Below are positions 26,461 to 39,029 of a DNA stretch of 64,000 nt, in pieces. A program made the translations under genes and the position numbers. Source of the stretch: Laetmonice hystrix. Its lineage: Eukaryota. A model generated the notes under the pieces. It saw only the letters and a list, made by a program, of their open reading frames with translations, was not told the DNA's origin and searched no databases. Where the stretch lies: contig OZ249436.1 in assembly GCA_965235115.1 (NCBI GenBank), forward strand, positions 10,170,001 through 10,234,000, written 5' to 3'. Numbering within the stretch: the first letter of the stretch is position 1; every line of letters begins with the position of its first letter.

Positions 26461-29024
26461 ATATCATTTGTTCACATTTCAAAATGAGAAAATTAAGTAA
26501 AGACTAAAAATGAATCAACATAAAGACTACTGTTATAGAGGAATATAATTTAATGCCAGCATATGCCCGAAATCCCCCAGAATCTGTTGCATAAACTTTT
26601 CGTTGTTCTGACGATGTCGTTCAAGGTGTCTTTATTCCATAAACATAGACCCATATGCCTAAAATAGTAGGCCTAACCTATATTTTTCACTTCAACTTAG
26701 ATATTTTTAAACACTACACTAGTATTTGATAGGTGTTGCCCTTGGGCCCGAGGGGGGTCCCCTCCCCTCCCCAGCCACCCCCCCCCCCCCCGGTTACGGG
26801 CCTGAGTAATAGTTTTAGAGGAAAAGAATGAGGGGCGGGCTCACCCATCAATTTTAAAGGTTACAGCCTGGTAGACATTCAGCGCCTTGCTGAACATGGT
26901 GATGTGGTAACAACGCGCAGCACTGGGTGGCACTTTGCACACTCTCAATTTCCCTTTAATGCGCGTAGTCAGAGGTTGCAGTATAATAATGACATACGTA
27001 GGAGCCTGGAGTATACCCCCACCAGACCATACTGGGTATAATCTGGGCTATCCTAGAGTATACCCGGGGTTATTTTGGGCTAGCCCACGGGGTATAAGCC
27101 AGGCTAGCCCAGATTAGGCCTATGCACGTACCCCCCCCCCCCGCAGCCCAGATTATACGACACTCATAATTATATAAATCCCACATATGGGCATGTATAC
27201 AATTTCAAAACAAGAAGTTGGTATGTAGTTATTCCAATTAAAACATTTAAAAACTGTTTAAAATAAACTTGTGGATATTCTGCCATGGGGGTATAATCTG
27301 GGCTGGGGGGGGGGGGGTATACTTTGGACTAACCTGGTTTATACCCGGGGCCAGGTCAGGGGTCACTCAAACGGCAGTACCCAGAGTGTGGCAGAGGTTG
27401 AATGAAGTGAACGATCTCTGTCCGGAGAGTGCTGCCAGCCAGCACCTGGCCTAACATAGCGGATGCGTCTGGTAGACAGGGGACCAGGCTACGACAGCAA
27501 AACATCGTTCCAGCAAGAAATCAACGATGGCCTTTATGCAACAGAATCTACGACATGTCGTTACCATTGTCGTTCGGTCAACGACCATCTACCCATTTTT
27601 CGTTCTTGTACTGTCGTTGATTATGCAACAGGCCCCAGGTCATGTCTTCCGACTAATCACTGGGGAAACGTGAGCACAACGTTCATGTGTCGACTGAGAA
27701 AGAAATCAGATTTGACATGGCTGCACAGAGTATAGCAGCAGCTGTGATGTGCAAATATTATATCTCGGACTCGGCTCTCGTTCATCATTTCCATATAGCT
27801 GGTACGCAGGATAATGGCGTCTGCTTTATCGAAGTGTGGCCCCTTGCATGGTGGAGTAGAGACCTATCATTATCAAGTCCCCAAATTGAGCTGTCCGCAC
27901 TAGTCCCACGGACACACGTCTCTGTGGGTCCCTGCTACTATTAATGGATGGTACGTGTGTGTTTGCCGGACGCTGACACGCTAAAATACGGTGAACTCAG
28001 GAAGAAAGTCAGTTTCAATGTTCGTCCTATATAGACTTCATTTGTCATTACGGACAACTTACATGGATACCTATCATAACGAAAGTGACGTGTGGATAGG
28101 ACATAACTGGACTGATCCTGACTGAAATCATTATCATAACGAAAGTGACATGTGGATAGGACATAACTGGTCTTAGACTGATCCTGACTGAAATCATTCC
28201 ACAGGATGATCTTATCGCCTGACTTGATTTGCCCATTCGCTATTTATTTGATTTCCCTGTATATATAGGAATACTGCCTACACAACAAGAAATTAAAATT
28301 CTTGTAACAAATCAGTGATTTTGAGGGACTTGTCTTTGATGGTGCACCCCAACGCTGCCCCCCCCCCCCCACCACCACCACCACCCTCCCTCGATCCGCC
28401 CCGGTCGTGGCCGTTGGTCGGTGTGCCTTTGATTGAGCTGAATGAGAGAAATTGGATTCCATATGGCCAAGTCGATCCGTCTAAGCTGAAAACATCTCTG
28501 TAAAAAGAAGGAAATTAAGAATCTCATTCAACTCTGATCAGGAAATTAATTTGGATGTCCATGACAATGTGCTTAGCGTGGAATTTAAAACTTTCTGACG
28601 TGAGATAAATAGCCCGTCCGACCATATAACTAAGCCTGTTACTTCATGCGGACAGCTTGCGCCACCTATAGGATTCAAAGCATACTAATACTAAGACAGT
28701 AGTGCCATCTTGCGGTTGGTCATAGCACCATTAGTTGAAACCTGCATACCGTCTCAGCTTAATTTTAAATATAGATGACTTAGATAAGTATGACGCTTCT
28801 ACATTCATTATAGTCGATGTGGATTAATTATGAGTCCCTTTGGCATGGTTTAAGTGAACTCTACCGAACAGAAGATATGAAAGGGTTGAGTTGACATCCC
28901 GAGTAATGTGCTAGCGAGAGATCCATGGGTTCTCAACATGCTGTCATATTGCCATAATAAGTACACCTTTACAAAGCCAAGCGGTCATCAAAAATATGTT
29001 GTGAATGATCCCTTATATACGTGT

Positions 29025-29034
29025 ATCTCTCTCC

Positions 29035-29080
<46 letters not shown>

Positions 29081-29094
29081 CGCTCGCTCGCTCG
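29025..29094. repeat. (CT)n/(CGCT)n microsatellite
   Basis: Seen directly in the sequence. Confidence 0.9.
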
Positions 29095-30473
29095 GTGGGT
29101 CATCGCCTGCCGCCATCTGTCGGAGTAGACCGTCATCGTTATACCAGGCGACACCTACCGCCTTCTTTGTATTTCGTCCGCGGATCGATAGGAAAGGTTA
29201 ATATTAAGGTTGGCCAATCCGTAAACTCAGAGGTGCCAATTTTAGAGGGACGGAGGCCCTTCTTGATTACAACCTACCTATGGCCAGGGCTGAGCTAGTC
29301 GTTACTCAACTGAAATATAGGCTCGATATTCGCATTCAAATCCGTCTATCGGGATGCCGGTAAAACGTTGGGAACTTATAGACCACATGATGAGACTCCT
29401 GACCAATAGGGCCTATGCCACCATAAAAAGCAGTTTAATCTAAACGTATCAGGCTGGGTCTTGTATGGCCTTGCCTGCAGTGACATAATGGGGTCGATCA
29501 ACAGGCACCCCTCTAATGTAAATATGTGTGCCAGGATCGCACAGACACCAAATAAATAATGGCAATCGGATGGGCAACTCTATGTCGACATTAAAACCTG
29601 TTTGATAGGTCTATCTCCGGTCTTCGCGGACTGCGTTAATAACAGGCCGCAGTCAGAGTCCAGTTCTAGTATCCTATTATTCTGGGCATAATATTATAGG
29701 ACTTCACTTTGCCAAGTAATTATAACAACGATACACTTGGGACTCCGGAGATCATGATGCCTATGTTCTCCAGGAAACGCTCGATCATTTTGGAACTATG
29801 GAGGAATGTCATTAGAGAACATGCGTATTTCGGCATAGCATGTTAACATAGCCACCCAGCTTTTAGCATTCAGCTTTCTATCGGAACCACTCGCCCAACT
29901 TCTGTGGCCAAGGTACCGCCTGCCTGCATGAGGAGTGGCGAAGGTACCGCCTGCCTGCATGAGGACCGACACTATCTGAACGAGATGGCCTGCCACCACG
30001 CGTCGACAAGTAACACTCGGGCCTTACCACCCTGGAACTTATAAACTTGGCTGCAAAAACGGAGTACCCAAGGGCCCCGCTTCAAGGGGCAACTGCTGAT
30101 GGAGGGACATTCCCTTCAGCTGCCTGGGTTTTTTTTTTGGCGCTGTATTTGGAGTCTGTGGTAAACGTGACGTGCTACATCATTTTAGTCAGGATAATCG
30201 TCAGTCGGCACTTTACCACCAAAGAGTTTTTCCATGGATTAACGTAACGGTAACTTTTTCCTATAGCAGCCACTTGTATACAGACAACTGTCGGTTCCTG
30301 GCACTAAGAGTTCGTCGGGGTGCAGTGAGATGATACTACCAGAGTGAACCCTCAAGGTTGTTGAGCCGAACCTCTGGTTCTCCTGAGACGGAGCCTCATT
30401 CGTTTACCGTCATCCCTCCCGATTTATCGACTTTATATACGGCAGACTGCAGCCAACGTCACCCATAACCACC

Positions 30474-32690
30474 ATGATGAATGCGATGACATCTTGCATT
30501 GCCATTTGGCTGTTCTGCATTGGGAGCTTTGAAATTGCGGCGGGAGAAAAGGAGGGAACTTTAGAGAAATGTGACGTGGATTTCCCATTGAAATGTCCAT
30601 TGCCTTCAGAATGCCCAGGAATGCCCCGGGACACCACCTCGAACGTCACTGGCGTTTTGCAGTCACCTGAGATGATTCACTGTTATTGCGATAAGCAGTG
30701 TTTCCTATTTGCCGACTGCTGTCCACATATATATAACAGCTCTGAATCCAGGCGTTTTCTACCTCCTCCGTTGAGCAGGAACGTTTATACATGTGAAAGG
30801 AGGGGTGGCATATCCATCTTCATGATCAACAAGTGCCCCAACGACTGGCCGGCGGAGGAGGAAGAGGTCCAGATGAACTGTGAGAGTTCGGTTTCCATGG
30901 CCGTGGACGCCTATCTTAATTGGCCTGTTACAGATGAAGAAGGGCTAGTTTACAAAAACGTTTATTGCTCTGTATGTCATCGGAAGGTAAAGGTTTCTTA
31001 CTGGCTTTCAGATGTGTTATGCCCTCCTGTTCTCACCGAAGATGGACAGCAGGGAGACCTAAGTTATCATGCAGTGAGGAACTTTTCCAGTTGTAATAGA
31101 ATCTTCCTCAGACCTCCTGGGTGTCGGCCATGTAAGCCGGTCCATAGTGCGTGCCCAGATGACTGGGAGGATGCCTGCGTAAGGCAGCTCTGTGAACGGT
31201 CGATCCACGCGAGATTTGTTTACGATTTCAAGAAGACATACAGAAACCAATTTTGTGCACGTTGTAACGGCGTCGAGGAGAGGATGGTGGTGTGTAATGA
31301 TACACGACTTTACGACCTCCCAATGGATGTTAGCAGTTTCGGTGTTTCACTGAGTGTCATCTTTGACCTGAATGGTGGCTTTAGCAAGACGACCAAAGGC
31401 GGGGTTGGGATGCGTGAAGGAACGACAACGGTAACAGAGGAAAGGTTACAGAAATGTGACAGGGGTGAGGCTTACGACCCGTTTACAAGTCGCTGCCGGC
31501 TCGTCAGGTGTAAAACTGATTACACGCTACAAGGTGGAAAATGCCTTGCCAACGAAAAGTTGACCAATTTCAGTAACGGCTCATTCACAAATCTGACGAT
31601 AGACTGCGTGCGTAGGGTCCTGTACCCTGGAGAGTACATACTTGGGGGCGATGGATACCTGACTAATAACGTAAGTGGTGAGACACATGGCCCGGAATCT
31701 TTTTTCCTAGAAAACGACACGGCATTAGTGTGTGCTCCTTGGAACCAAAACTACACAAAAAACGTCACCGTAGAAAAAGTCATTCTTGTCTTCAAATTCA
31801 GCCAAGAACAGGCTGTTCTGTCGCTCGTACTGCACATTATTTCTATCATATGTCTGATCATCATGCTGTTAGTGTATACCTTTCTCCAACAGCTACGAAA
31901 TCTGCCGGGGAAAAATGTCATGTGCCTAGGGACGTCGCTTCTGATGGCCCAAGTGTTTTTCTTGACATGTTTACAACAAACAGACGTGTATCCGGTGTGC
32001 GTTTTTCTGAGTGTTCTCCTCCACTTCGCATTCCTTGCTTCATTCCTTTGGATGAACGTCATGGCCATCGACATCTGGGCTACTTTTGCGACAACACAAA
32101 CACTATCAGCCACAAAACACTCGAGACGGTTCATCCAGTATTCAGCGTACGCATGGGGCTCGTCTCTGCTCATCGCTACCGTATCACTGATCGTTAATAT
32201 CACGGCCGGAGACTCAGCCTATGCACCTGGTTATGGGTACGGTTTGTGTTGGTTCACCAACAGATCTTCCATGGCGGTTTTCTTTGGTCTACCCATCCTG
32301 GTTGTGATCGTCCTAAACGGCATCCTCTACGTGCTCACAGTTTGCAATATCTACAAAATATCCAAGGACACGAAGGGCATGCAAATGTCCTCTAATGCTG
32401 GAAGGAAAATTGACTTATTGCTCTATATAAAATTGTCTGTAATCATGGGACTAACATGGGTGTTTGGGTTCATCGCCACGCTAGCTGAGAACGAGGCCAT
32501 GTGGTATATATTTGTCATTTTCAACAGTCTACAAGGAGCCTTTATTTGTATCGGTTTCGTGTTTACCAGGAAAGTGTTTAGGTTACTGCAGACTAAGGTC
32601 AGCACAACGTTTAGACGTAAGGGAGAGCAGGACGATACAAAGAGTACAGAGTTAACCAAGAAAATTACCTCATCGACCACCAACACTTAG
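30474..32690 (+). CDS. Class-B (secretin/Methuselah-like, adhesion-like) GPCR with SMB-like and Cys-rich ectodomain, 738 aa, uninterrupted ORF
   Basis: Signal peptide; SMB-like CYCDKQCFLFADCC; two Cys modules (PVTDEEGLVYKNVYCSVC, YRNQFCARC); YDPFTSRC; seven hydrophobic segments with family-B motifs LRNLPGK, HFAFLASFLWMNVMAIDIW, YAWG, CWF, KLSVIMGLTWVFG, FNSLQGAFI. Confidence 0.95.
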   Translation: MMNAMTSCIAIWLFCIGSFEIAAGEKEGTLEKCDVDFPLKCPLPSECPGMPRDTTSNVTGVLQSPEMIHCYCDKQCFLFADCCPHIYNSSESRRFLPPPLSRNVYTCERRGGISIFMINKCPNDWPAEEEEVQMNCESSVSMAVDAYLNWPVTDEEGLVYKNVYCSVCHRKVKVSYWLSDVLCPPVLTEDGQQGDLSYHAVRNFSSCNRIFLRPPGCRPCKPVHSACPDDWEDACVRQLCERSIHARFVYDFKKTYRNQFCARCNGVEERMVVCNDTRLYDLPMDVSSFGVSLSVIFDLNGGFSKTTKGGVGMREGTTTVTEERLQKCDRGEAYDPFTSRCRLVRCKTDYTLQGGKCLANEKLTNFSNGSFTNLTIDCVRRVLYPGEYILGGDGYLTNNVSGETHGPESFFLENDTALVCAPWNQNYTKNVTVEKVILVFKFSQEQAVLSLVLHIISIICLIIMLLVYTFLQQLRNLPGKNVMCLGTSLLMAQVFFLTCLQQTDVYPVCVFLSVLLHFAFLASFLWMNVMAIDIWATFATTQTLSATKHSRRFIQYSAYAWGSSLLIATVSLIVNITAGDSAYAPGYGYGLCWFTNRSSMAVFFGLPILVVIVLNGILYVLTVCNIYKISKDTKGMQMSSNAGRKIDLLLYIKLSVIMGLTWVFGFIATLAENEAMWYIFVIFNSLQGAFICIGFVFTRKVFRLLQTKVSTTFRRKGEQDDTKSTELTKKITSSTTNT

Positions 32691-32696
32691 AGACTG

Positions 32697-33440
32697 GAGG
32701 GTATATCAAAAAAGTATACACGCACTCGGCAGAACCAAAACTGAACTATTATCGAAAAATTGGTCCAGACATATTGGCAGACGAAGTCTTCACGCTTTTA
32801 TCAACATCGTGACCATTTTTCACATTTCACGCGTGTGTGAACAGGGCCAGTTTTATAAACCTGGTTAAAATTAACTCGCACAAAAAAATGCAAGGTTGAA
32901 AAGAGGATGAGAGACCATGAGAGGCAAATTTAACTACTGTATGAGGTTGTTACGTAATGAATCCTGTTGCATAAATCTGGACTTTTTCTTGTGCGGACAT
33001 TTGAAGCCCAAGGTTTTTGTAACTCCACCCACGGATCTGGAAGATCTTCAGAGACTGATAACAGTTATGACGTCACCATTCTCTGGCAGGGCAGAGTAGT
33101 CATCAGACGTGTAGTTGCTGATATGGTGCGGATGGCGCAAATCTGTGTGCACAGAAATGGCGGCCATGTGGAGGACTGAGGCTTTTAACTTTTCAAGGGA
33201 TTGGTAGTAAATCACAAGTTAAATTTGCCTCTCGTGATCTCTGATCCTGCTTTAGACCTTGCATTCTTGTGCGCAAGTTAATTTTCACCTGCTTTATCGA
33301 AGTATCCCCTGTTCACTCAGGCGTGAAAAACTCTTTAAAAAATGTTAATAAAAGTAGCGTGATACCTTAGTCTACCAATATGTCTGGACGGATTTGCGGA
33401 CAATAATAAACGGTTCGGTTTTTTGTTCTGATACACCCTG
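32697..33440 (+). mobile_element. Internally deleted Tc1/mariner element (rosa/DD41D-like C-terminus) with imperfect TIRs of about 240 bp
   Basis: Right end ..GATACACCCTG|TA and left end GAGGGTATATCA. The arms align in inverted orientation (GTCCAGACATATTGG, GTGAACAGGG, GAGAGGCAAATTTAACT). The centre encodes LDFFLCGHLKPKVFVTPPTDLEDL.. and ..RMAQICVHRNGGHVED*, the typical transposase C-terminus. Confidence 0.85.
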
Positions 33441-34713
33441 TATAACCAGGAACGCTGCCTCGTTAACCAGTATTTGTTAATTAACCATGAAACCTTCCCC
33501 GCTGTTCAGTGGTCAGTATACTATAGGCCTACATGCCAAATAACAAGGAACGTTTAATCACCGCCTAGGAGTGCAACTCAGCCTTGCTAACCAGGCAAGC
33601 TTATATTAACCAGGCAAGCTCTGGTGAAACATTTATAGGACAGGCCTATAGCTAAATTCAGCATGCCTTTGCCTAGTCGTCCTGACTGGTGTTACAGGTG
33701 TCATATAATATATAGGGGGGGGGGGCGTGCCCAACTTTTGAATTCCGCCTTGACAAATTCTTCATGCGAAATTTATAGATTTCTTTCTAAAGGGTCCATC
33801 AGAGGCGTTGAACCTCCGAGTTTCTTCTAATAGCAGGTGAACTCCGCGTGGCCGGAAAAAGGCGGGAAAAACAAAGAGTCTTTGTTCGATAGAAGCCGAT
33901 AGGTGGCGTCCTTGCTTGCATACAGTGGCAAAGCTTATCACGGTTCCATTAGTTGCCAGTAGGGGGCGTCCGTGCTATTCGAGACTCGTCACGTTGGGGG
34001 CAGAAATTTTGTCGAGTCTCTTGATAAAGTTTCTCGCGCGATTTATTTTGTTCACTTTTTGTATATAAACCTTGTTATACTTTTTTATAGAGGCCTACAT
34101 TAATTTATTCTTCATTTTTTTATATAACTTCCTTTTTTTTACTTTCCATTTATTTTTTATCAAATATAATTGGTATAGGCCAATGATGTATCGCGTTCTC
34201 GGCTCCAGTAGTATAGCCGGAGCTTGTCACCACTGCTCCCATAGCAACCTGCACAGACTCGGCGAGATGTAGGCGCACTCGTGGGCGTAGAGTTGCTTCC
34301 ACAAAATGTGGTGGTTATAATAATATCAGAATCGGTCTTGTCTGCAAAATTGTGACATAAATACATCAATAAACATTTTGCGTCTTCACTTTCATCTTTT
34401 TATCATTCTTCTTTCATTAAATTTCTTTCTCACATTTTACATGAGCTAGGGTGTTAAAATCTGACCACCGAGGGCAGATGGACGTCGGATGACCGGTTCC
34501 TCCCCTCCCATTGACAGCTAATCCGAATGTGTTTGTACGTGGATGACCCCCCCCCCCACCCCCATACACACACACACCCCACAGCCTCCACCCACCCACC
34601 ACCCTGCTCACCCCCTTGGCCACCGCTGACAGAGCAGATGAATCATCCACCGCAGGATGAAGAGATTCGTTTCGTTGATATTCATTGATGCAAATGTTTC
34701 AGTGACCGATTCT

Positions 34714-34853
34714 TTTCCCTTGGATCACTTTCCCTTGGATCGCTTTCCCTTGGATCACTTTCCCTTGGGTCACTTTCCCTTGGATCACTTTCCTTTGGGT
34801 CACTTTCCCTTGGATCACTTTCCCTTGGGATCACTTTCCCTTCGATCACTTTC
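34714..34853. repeat. 15-bp tandem repeat, about 9 copies
   Basis: Unit CACTTTCCCTTGGAT. Confidence 0.92.
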
Positions 34854-36605
34854 ATGCTTGCTATCTGAAATGATAAACTGTGTGTGCCCAGTATAGTCTC
34901 GTTGGTGGAACTGACCCGATTCGGTGACATTCCCTGCCCCGCCACCCCGGGAGAAATTGAACAAGACATTGTAGACTTTTGTTACAGCTCCAGGTCTCTG
35001 TGAGCAGCGAGGGGCAATATACGCATACTCTATACCGGCGGTCAACCGGAGCGTCTACAGCGAGGAAATCTCTCTTACTCCGCGCAGGCATATCTAAACA
35101 GTAATTGTAAAAATGTTAAAATTGTTAAGCCATATTAGTTTCATGGTCTTCAATATCAAAAGGGTGTTTTATAAGTGATCAAATCATCAAAGAGAAAACT
35201 GTGTATTTTCATTGAGGACTGCATGTTAGGAGTTCAGCTTTTAGAAAGTGCCTACAGGCTAATGAATCGGCGTGGCATGGCGTTGAAAAATGGCACAAAA
35301 TGATGAGATAAAACAGGCCTGCAGAATCTGGACCGTTTGTCGGCCCAACGCCACCTTTTCGGTTTCCGATTATCCTGTCCAGGTCAGTAACGAACCTAAT
35401 AATAACAGAACCGAAAATGTTATTCACTTTCTTTACGCCTTCAATTTAAAACAGTTGCAAAAGGTTTTACAGCACCTAGAATTATACTAATAAGCTTCAT
35501 GCAACTCCATGGCTGAGATCTTGTTGCTTCAGGGGATGCTGCATAAAAACAAACATATTCAGTGCATGTAGGACCGTTTTGACATGAGGGAAGGGATCTA
35601 GGCTACATGTAGCATTATATTGCTCTCTGCATGGGATCTCCATAACGTGGAGGCGGGGAGTAGAAGCTGCATGTCGGCTAGTATTGGTCTGATTGAGATC
35701 GGCTGTAAAGTGCAAGGGTGCATGGCGTCCAAACGCTAATGTAACCTCATTCATTAAATGGGCTTCTACGAATGAAAATGCCGTAGGTTAATTAGATGCA
35801 TATGCGATGAAACCTCGTCTCAGAAAAAGCGTTTCGTGAGAAAATAAAAAAAACCTCCGCATCTTTACAAAGGGTGAAATAGAATTAACATCGATCTACT
35901 GTGTATCTAAAAGACATGCCTTTTTGATACGTCTCCCTATATATAGCCTATCAGGGGCGGATCCATCCAGGTTAGCGATTGGTGCCAAGGGGGTGGGGGT
36001 GCCAAAGAGGGTGTGTGTATCTTTGGTTTGAACCTTTCAAGCCGATAAAGAAAGGGGGTTTGCAACCCCCGTACCCCCCCCCCCTTCCGATCCGCCAAGT
36101 CTGTATAGTCGATGAAACGATGTTCAAGGACATTAGACGATGAAACGATGTTTAAGGACATTAGCATTCAAATCGTCAAGCTATCATGGCTCGATTGGAA
36201 GGAACCGATCGGCTGGCGACCAGCCTTGCAATCGGGTACGATGATTTATGGGCACGAAGAACGCGGTACTTTGTGGAATAAAAAGTGGGTCAGGCAACCA
36301 GCCACCGAACGCTCAAGTGATGTATTGCGAGCGGTATCGAAGCAGGCCGCTCGTGGCGCTACCAGATGATAGTAGTCCCCGTCGGCTGTACATGGACGTG
36401 GGACGGGCACGGTGGCCCGGCCGCACCGCCCTCAACCTCACCGTCTGAAGCCGGCCAGGTAATGACGTGTCCCCGATCACCTGACGGCGACCATGTATGT
36501 GAGCAAGCCGACGCCCAATGAATAGTTACTATACGATGTTCTAGCTCCTCCTATCATAATCCCTAATGATATCGGCGTCTGCCAGTCTAACTGGCGTCAG
36601 AACTA

Positions 36606-36912
36606 TAGATGTAGCGCCTATAATAGGCCAGTGTGGTTTCTGTATAAGGCATTGGTTATTAGGCCTAGATGTAGCGCCTATATAGGTAGGCCAGTGTGGT
36701 TTCTGTATAAGGTATTGGTTATTAGGCCTAGATGTAGCGCCTATATAGGTAGGCCAGTGTGGTTTCTGTATAAGGCATTGGTTAGGCCTAGATGTAGCGC
36801 CTATATAGGTAGGCCAGTGTGGTTTCTGTATAAGGCATTGGTTAGGCCTAGATGTAGCGCCTATATAGGTAGGCCAGTGTGGTTTCTGTATTGGTTATTA
36901 GGCCTAGATGAG
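36606..36912. repeat. Tandem minisatellite of about 60-63 bp, 5 copies
   Basis: Unit TAGATGTAGCGCCTATATAGGTAGGCCAGTGTGGTTTCTGTATAAGGCATTGGTT(ATT)AGGCC. Confidence 0.92.
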
Positions 36913-39029
36913 GCCATGCAGGACACGATCTGTGTATACCCTTCTTGATAAATTCCCTGTTATAATATGCCATGCCAGTGGTTATGTTTTTAGCAGGCTT
37001 GTTCCGGCAAGATACGTCTGAACGGCAGTTATGTCCGATAGGAGATAATGTGCGCAAACATCAGCTAGATGTGTCCGGAAGTTCTGGAACCTGCCAGACC
37101 TAATAGGTCCCAAGGACTACTGGTATAGGCTTTATATTAGGCATAGTCTTGCTACATGTATATGGAACGATTTCGCGCGCAAAAAAAAGTTGAGGTTGAC
37201 CATCAGGAAAAAGGAAATAATGAAGCAGCGGCGTCAGTTTCTTTTGAAAGTTGGGAGGGGGCAGTGGGGGGGGGTGGGGTGGGGGTCAGGAGACTGAATT
37301 GGCCCAGTATAACCCTCCAAGAAACTGACTAGCAAGGAGGGGATAGCCGAAAAATTGGTTGGTGGCCACCCCCCCCCCCCCCCCCCCCCAACTCTGATGC
37401 CACTGTGGGGTCAATTCCGGCAGCTGAACTCTATGAGAGCCAGCTGTGGGTCCTTCCATTAAAACGTCCAGGTGTCGTGGTGCCGTGGCATTAATATCTA
37501 AAACCTGAATACCATCGTGCCGGTCATGCACAGGAACTTTCTCCAAGTTTTCCCCTGAAGGAGTACAAATGAGACGCCTACTTCTATAAAGCCATACTAG
37601 TGGGAATGAGGTTATACAGTGAACCCCATACGGAAACCAAGGTGTTGTCCCCTCTTGTACGTAATGAATGGCTTGTCCCCGATCCTTTAATTAGACACTA
37701 ATTAGACACCAATTATTGAGGGCTATATATGCGGCTGCCCCTTTACCACATAATATAGATCTGGATCCGAGACCACCACCCGCGGTACACGCTCCAGGTG
37801 TTTGGTTTCCTGCAGGACTTTTTTTTTGGGGGGGGGGGGGTAACCTAGGGTTGAGCATTTGGAAAAAAAATAAAATTGGAAAACTTGGTGAGAGTAACTG
37901 ATTTTCTGGGGGGAGGGGGGAGGGGCTCCCAAAAAAAAGCCTGGAATGCCTGGTTGACATAAGTGACTGGTTAGTGTCTCGATGCGTTGCCATGCAGGGA
38001 CTTTGTCTCTGGTATAATGTCAGGGTTGCATGCCGCCTGGGTCTTCCTTCCCCTCCTCTGTGAGATCAACGACCCTCAGTCCCTGCAGGGGGCGCCCTGG
38101 CCGAGTCACGTGACTGATTGAAGGATCCGTCAGCCGTAGCAGCACAGCCAACACGTCCAGTAATTGAATTCCAAAACAGTTTCTCTAAATGGTTCCAGCT
38201 GAGTTCTCCGCATAATGGACGTTTAAACAAACGGTCCTTTACTACTCCCAATGGTCCAATAATAAAAGTCCCTATTTGCCTATCACCTTCTCTCGCCAAG
38301 GTAGGCTATTGGCATTTAGCTGTTATAGGCTACCATTAGTACAGACATGGTAGTCAATATTCTTGTAGTATTATCTACATCGTATGGTAGATAAGTTTTG
38401 GTTTATGTTTTACACTTTAAAAATACATTATATCAGATCAGTATATTGTAAGGGATCACTAGGCCTATATGTGCACATATAGCAAATCCCACCTCGCCCT
38501 GGTCACTTGTAAACCATCACAAGCCTCTTACCGGTGTGGATCTATACAAGTGGGACCTAGGCCTTTGCTAAGTTAAAACCAGCTGCAGTGGAAACCCTGC
38601 TCGGCACGTGTAGTGTGCCCTGCGCCCTGTACGCCCCTTGTGCCCAATCATCGTGACGAGCTGACCAGCTTATCAAGCCCTCGGGGGGTCCTAGCCCGGT
38701 GCTGTCGTTACCAGGGTGAGAGTGAGCCGGCGGCGGCGCCCTGACCTCGGCCGGGGATCTCATGGCACGGCGGCCGCCCACGGAAACCTACCCGATCATG
38801 GAACGTTTATACCTGTAACCGGGCACCACCGTACAATAATTAAACGGCGCCTTTACATTTATCACGACCGCCAGAGTCCATTAACCCACCCATGGCGTCG
38901 CAAAGAGCGCTGGTAGCAATCCCAACAACTTTATTCTGCATCAACATCCTCCCAGCCCTTTTCATAAAAATCCTGACCCAGAACGCATGCATGCATGTTT
39001 ATATATAACCGAAGGAAATTACCGCTATA

